DNA from: a virus
Taxonomy: Duplodnaviria; Caudoviricetes
IMG/VR virus record: IMGVR_UViG_3300008255_000071
Span: 1-37,116 of that record
DNA: 37,116 nucleotides
Reading direction: 5' to 3' (one strand)
The notes under the pieces were generated by a model. The model had not been told where the DNA came from. It worked only from the letters and a program-made list of their open reading frames with translations, and did no database searches. Made by a program: the position numbers and the translations under genes. Below, piece after piece: positions 33,302-37,116 of the stretch. Each line of letters begins with the position of its first letter. The first letter of the stretch is position 1.

Positions 33302-33925
33302 ATGACCAACAACATCAAAATCGGTTCAGTACTAGGAGTGGCTATCACTCTAGCCGTGATCATAGGACTTGTCGTCGGAGTCAGCATTTCTCCGGACGCG
33401 GCAAATCCTCGATCCGGTGGCGTATCGTTCGAAGACGAAGTTATCAAGGGGGACGTTACTCTTGAGAAGACTCTTACGGTTGACGGAGCCTCGACTCTAA
33501 CCGGAGATGTAACCGCAAGTGGAGCATTTGCACCATCGGCGCTAACTTTTCCAGTGACAACCGTTACTGCTACCACAACTCTCACTAGCGCAAACTTTGG
33601 AGAAGTAGTTTTCTTCGACAATGCGTCTGGAACGCTAGTGACTTTGCCAGCTGCAACCGCAGGTGCGCAAATAACGTTCGTGGTCGGAGCTGTCTTTGCT
33701 GACGTCAACGCGATAGTTGACTCAGCTGAGGGCGACAACATTGAAGGTTCATTGATCGTCGCTGGAGCAGTGGTAGATTGTGACGCAGAAGACCAAATCA
33801 ACTTTGTGGCTGATGGGGAAAACATCGGCGACTACGTTCAACTGACTTCTGACGGCACAAGCTGGCACATTACAGGTAGCAATGCACTTACAAGCGCAAA
33901 GCTGACCTGTACTGATCCTAGCTAG
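33302..33925 (+). CDS. Putative head fibre/decoration protein with N-terminal TM leader
   Basis: Follows capsid; VTLPAATAG..ITFVV, GDYVQLTSDGTSWHITG beta-sandwich motif; leader VLGVAITLAVIIGLVVGV; ATG 33302. Confidence 0.6.
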   Translation: MTNNIKIGSVLGVAITLAVIIGLVVGVSISPDAANPRSGGVSFEDEVIKGDVTLEKTLTVDGASTLTGDVTASGAFAPSALTFPVTTVTATTTLTSANFGEVVFFDNASGTLVTLPAATAGAQITFVVGAVFADVNAIVDSAEGDNIEGSLIVAGAVVDCDAEDQINFVADGENIGDYVQLTSDGTSWHITGSNALTSAKLTCTDPS

Positions 33926-33931
33926 TCTTGC

Positions 33932-33970
33932 TCGCCTACTCAGCGCTTTTATGAGCGCTGGGCTAGGCGA
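33932..33970 (+). terminator. Long hairpin after the decoration gene (terminator or processing stem)
   Basis: TCGCCTACTCAGCGCT-tttatg-AGCGCTGGGCTAGGCGA; no + strand U-tract. Confidence 0.45.
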
Positions 33971-34008
33971 ACAAAAATCGGTCGAGTACTAAAAAAATAA
34001 TCAAAACA

Positions 34009-34446
34009 ATGACTAAAAACTCTTCAATCCTCCCGTGGAGCTTACTGGTGATCGGCATGGTCGCACTTCTCTTTTGGGGCCCGACGCGTGTTATTGAGAT
34101 TGAGCAGCCACAGCAATCAGCCGGATCATTCGACAGCGCCGTGGTGTGGGAAACCGCAGCCAGTTCTTCTTCAGTGCCGGTTGCCGTGACCAAGGTCTTG
34201 ACCGCTAACCCCGGCCGACTCGGATTCGCTATGGAAAACACAGGATCCTTTCAGATCTTCTGCACTCTCAATGCCACCTCGACCACAGCCAATCTTGATG
34301 GCGCGGGAATAGCGCTGAACACCTCCAGCACCACAAGCCGCCCTTACGACAGCCGTGAGCGCCGAATCGAATACACCGGCGACGTCTACTGCTCAGCACC
34401 GAATGGCACCTCGTCCGTGTCCATTGCTGAATACCTACCCAACTAG
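34009..34446 (+). CDS. Small beta-sandwich virion-module protein with N-terminal TM leader
   Basis: VLTANPGRLGFAMENTG...GIALN...YTGDVY; leader ILPWSLLVIGMVALLFWG. Confidence 0.6.
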   Translation: MTKNSSILPWSLLVIGMVALLFWGPTRVIEIEQPQQSAGSFDSAVVWETAASSSSVPVAVTKVLTANPGRLGFAMENTGSFQIFCTLNATSTTANLDGAGIALNTSSTTSRPYDSRERRIEYTGDVYCSAPNGTSSVSIAEYLPN

Positions 34447-34456
34447 TTAGTAGCCT

Positions 34457-35305
34457 ATGAACCAACTCACGCCCGGCGAAACATACCCGTTGCATAAAGT
34501 ACTTGCGGATCCTTTAGGTACGGAAACGCGGTACGTTCAAGCGACGGTCCGGAACGGGACCGACAACACAACGATTGCAACGCTCAACCTGAGTGATCTT
34601 GGCAATCGGCGTTTTCGGGTTATCTGGGACGTGCCGAACGTGAAGTACGTGGTCATAGACTTTAAGGTTTACACTGACTCCGGGTACACCAACTTAGATC
34701 CGAACGAAGCCATTGAAAGCCGGGACTACATTGTGGAAACTCGATGGAGCCAGGCGCTAGGATCCGGGGCTGGCGGTTATAGCATGCGTCCTAGCGAAGT
34801 TCGCGAGGTTCTCCGTGAAGAGCTGGACAAAACCAAGCACTGGGAAATGCTACACCGCGAGATAGCTGAGTGTATGGGAGTGATGAGTCAACTGAAGATG
34901 ATGATCGGGCAGATCGAAATGCCAAAGCTATCTACGAAACGGCTTGAAAACGGCCTTAAAGAGCTTGAAGCGGCAATCACTAGCCTAGACCAGAAAGACT
35001 CACTACGGGCTATTTCTGAAGGGCTAAAATCGATATTGGAAGCTACTCAAGGTGTTGGTGCAGCCGTGGCAAGCTTGCCGGAGCCATTCGAGCCGGAGCC
35101 AGTCAACCTTTCGCCGGTTATCGAAGCGATCAATGCCTTGGATGAAAAGCTACCGGGTATGTTTGAAGAAGTGAAAAAATCGCAACCGCGGACTGCTTCG
35201 CTGAGTTTGAATCTTGGCGATCAGGGACCGGAGGCGCCATCGCCACGCCGGGTTAAAAACGAAGATCCTCGCCAGCGAGCTAGGAATCGATCAATCGGCC
35301 TATGA
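34457..35305 (+). CDS. Hypothetical structural protein (Ig-like N-terminus + coiled coil)
   Basis: YVQATVRN..TLNLSDLGNRRF..KVYTDSGYT then heptad helices; ATGA overlap with the next gene. Confidence 0.6.
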   Translation: MNQLTPGETYPLHKVLADPLGTETRYVQATVRNGTDNTTIATLNLSDLGNRRFRVIWDVPNVKYVVIDFKVYTDSGYTNLDPNEAIESRDYIVETRWSQALGSGAGGYSMRPSEVREVLREELDKTKHWEMLHREIAECMGVMSQLKMMIGQIEMPKLSTKRLENGLKELEAAITSLDQKDSLRAISEGLKSILEATQGVGAAVASLPEPFEPEPVNLSPVIEAINALDEKLPGMFEEVKKSQPRTASLSLNLGDQGPEAPSPRRVKNEDPRQRARNRSIGL

Positions 35306-37116
35306 TCAGCACCTTTTTTGAAAAAATAGCAATCGCAGTCGTTACTCTAGCCACATCCCTTGGATTTGTTTCCGCGCCTCCCCCGCCGCCGGCAGAAATC
35401 ATCGTCGCCGGAGGGCCAGTGTCGTTTGCAACTCTTTCCCCGTTTCGTTTTAACGGCTCCGGGGATCTTGTCGTGCAACGCTCCACCTCTACTCCAGTGA
35501 TTCTGGGCGCGGGCGCGAGCACCACTGCTTCACATTTGGAAACTCCTTCCCTGACCATCACCAACCTCACCTCCGAAGACTGTATTGGCACGGACGCTAA
35601 CGGCGTGGTGCAATCAGGAACGTGTACGGGAGCAGGAGGGGATGGTTCAATCTCCACTTCCACAGCCGTTACCGCAGGGTACTTCCCTAAATGGGACACC
35701 GCCAGCACAGTTTCCGGTACGTCTACCATATTCAGCGACTCAGGGAATATCGGTATCAACACCATATCTCCGAGTACCTCTTTGCACGTTATCGGCACGG
35801 GGCGGTTTAGCAACAACCTAACCCTAGATTCTGGGCTGATCATCTCCGGCGACACCATCAACGACTTCAACGGAACGGGGCTAACAGTTTCCGGCAACAC
35901 TCTCAATGTGTCTGGCCTGACCACCAGCGAGTTTGCCACCACCTCAATATCACAATGGAATAATGACGCAGGATATACTACTTCCTCGCACGCCGCCGTT
36001 ACTCTAGCTGGCGAAGACTACCTATCCCTAGCCACGCAAGAGATAACCGCTATCGCAATCAACCCTGACAACCTAGCCAGCGCAGACTTTGGGGACTTCA
36101 CTTGCAACGGTACGACCTGTACCTTAGACGCAACCTATCTGACCGCCGCAGTGGAGTCAGCCAACTCCATCACCGGAGCCGTCACCTTTGCCGGTACAGC
36201 TAACCGCATAACCGTTTCCTCCAGCTCACAGACCATCACTTTCACCGCTCCCCAGGATTTACACACTTCATCTGCTTTCACAGTGGCTACGCTTGATACG
36301 GGCCAAGGTGCGAACGAGCTGTACGATATGGACCAGAATGTTCTCACCACCTCGGACCCGACATTCAACTCTTTAACCCTAACAACCGCCCTTAGCGAAA
36401 CCAATGGCGGTACCGGATTTAGCACATACGCAACAGGAGACCTAATTTACGCCAGCGCGGCGAATACATTGTCTAAGCTGGCTAACCCAGGAGGTGGCAC
36501 AAAGTTCTTATTTATAAACGCCGGTACTGTAAACTGGAGTGCCCTAGCTACCACCGATATTGCCTCCGGCGTGTTTACTGTTGCCCGTGGCGGAACCGGC
36601 ACTTCAACCTTACCCGATAACGGAGTTTTGGTCGGTTCAGGTACTGGAGCCATCACTTCCTTAGGTGTAGGTACGAATGGGCAACTCCTAATAGGTTCAT
36701 CTGGAGCTGACCCTGTATTTGCTACTCTTAACTGTAACGCCAACTTAACCTGCACCACGGGGGCTGGCACGCTGGAGATTAACTTAGACAACGAACTCCG
36801 CACTGACTCTATCCCAGACACTGACCACACCGCCAACGGCCCGACGACTAACTCCAAAAACGCCGGATACTCTTCGGCTATCGGGGATTTGGTTTTCTTA
36901 GGCACGAACGGAAAGTGGCTAGAAGCTGACGCAAGCACTAGCACCTTAGCCAGTGGTATGCTGTCTATCGCTTTAGAAGCCACAACAGATGGCAACGCTA
37001 TGCTTGTCGCTAACCCGGGTTCATACGTCCGAGATGACTCGTGGAGCTGGAATACAGGGGCAATACTTTACGCTTCGGAAACGTTGGGAGCTATCAGTGA
37101 ATCTGTGCCAACCTCT
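35302..37116 (+). CDS. Tail fibre/appendage protein, 634 aa across the circular junction (35302-36993 + 1-213), with hydrophobic leader
   Basis: Read codon by codon with no stop from ATG 35302 to the window end; GNIGINTISPSTSLHVIG, NGGTG and RGGTG fibre repeats; missing from the ORF track because it wraps. Confidence 0.85.
   Translation, partial: MISTFFEKIAIAVVTLATSLGFVSAPPPPPAEIIVAGGPVSFATLSPFRFNGSGDLVVQRSTSTPVILGAGASTTASHLETPSLTITNLTSEDCIGTDANGVVQSGTCTGAGGDGSISTSTAVTAGYFPKWDTASTVSGTSTIFSDSGNIGINTISPSTSLHVIGTGRFSNNLTLDSGLIISGDTINDFNGTGLTVSGNTLNVSGLTTSEFATTSISQWNNDAGYTTSSHAAVTLAGEDYLSLATQEITAIAINPDNLASADFGDFTCNGTTCTLDATYLTAAVESANSITGAVTFAGTANRITVSSSSQTITFTAPQDLHTSSAFTVATLDTGQGANELYDMDQNVLTTSDPTFNSLTLTTALSETNGGTGFSTYATGDLIYASAANTLSKLANPGGGTKFLFINAGTVNWSALATTDIASGVFTVARGGTGTSTLPDNGVLVGSGTGAITSLGVGTNGQLLIGSSGADPVFATLNCNANLTCTTGAGTLEINLDNELRTDSIPDTDHTANGPTTNSKNAGYSSAIGDLVFLGTNGKWLEADASTSTLASGMLSIALEATTDGNAMLVANPGSYVRDDSWSWNTGAILYASETLGAISESVPTS
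36994..37116. repeat. Terminal direct repeat / circular assembly overlap, right copy
   Basis: Identical to 1-123. Confidence 0.97.

Noticed and set aside
1-37116. Alternative genetic code, DGR/retron or anti-CRISPR locus
   Set aside because: Genes tile cleanly with TAA, TAG and TGA all used as stops; no reverse transcriptase or template/variable repeat pair seen; no Acr/Aca recognisable by eye

Overview
This looks like a complete, circularly permuted tailed-phage genome of 36,993 bp plus a 123-bp terminal overlap (1-123 = 36994-37116). All credible genes are on the + strand. The morphogenesis module is podovirus/P22-like: terminase small and large subunits, portal, scaffold, capsid, adaptor, nozzle and ejection proteins, including a 1998-aa LPD38 polyvalent protein. 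There is also a lysis/RusA block and an early block (RecT, a PD-(D/E)XK nuclease-FtsK fusion, a stand-alone DnaA domain-IV protein and a DnaA-box cluster). I recognise no integrase, repressor, polymerase, primase or helicase. Most starts lack a Shine-Dalgarno (SD) sequence and DnaA-box-like words are frequent, which suggests but does not prove a Patescibacteria/CPR host. Main candidate systems: (1) two promoter + small out-of-frame ORF units nested inside the polyvalent gene, one directly after a rearranged zeta-toxin-like kinase domain (candidate hidden antitoxin genes); (2) RecT paired with a nuclease-FtsK translocase fusion; (3) a phage mini-DnaA with boxes at a putative origin and next to extended -10 promoters; (4) five virion-module proteins with signal/membrane leaders plus an atypical papain-like protease; (5) a loop-less 48-bp palindrome and several structured RNAs, including an attenuator-like switch before the capsid operon. 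All family calls come from motif recognition by eye, not database searches.
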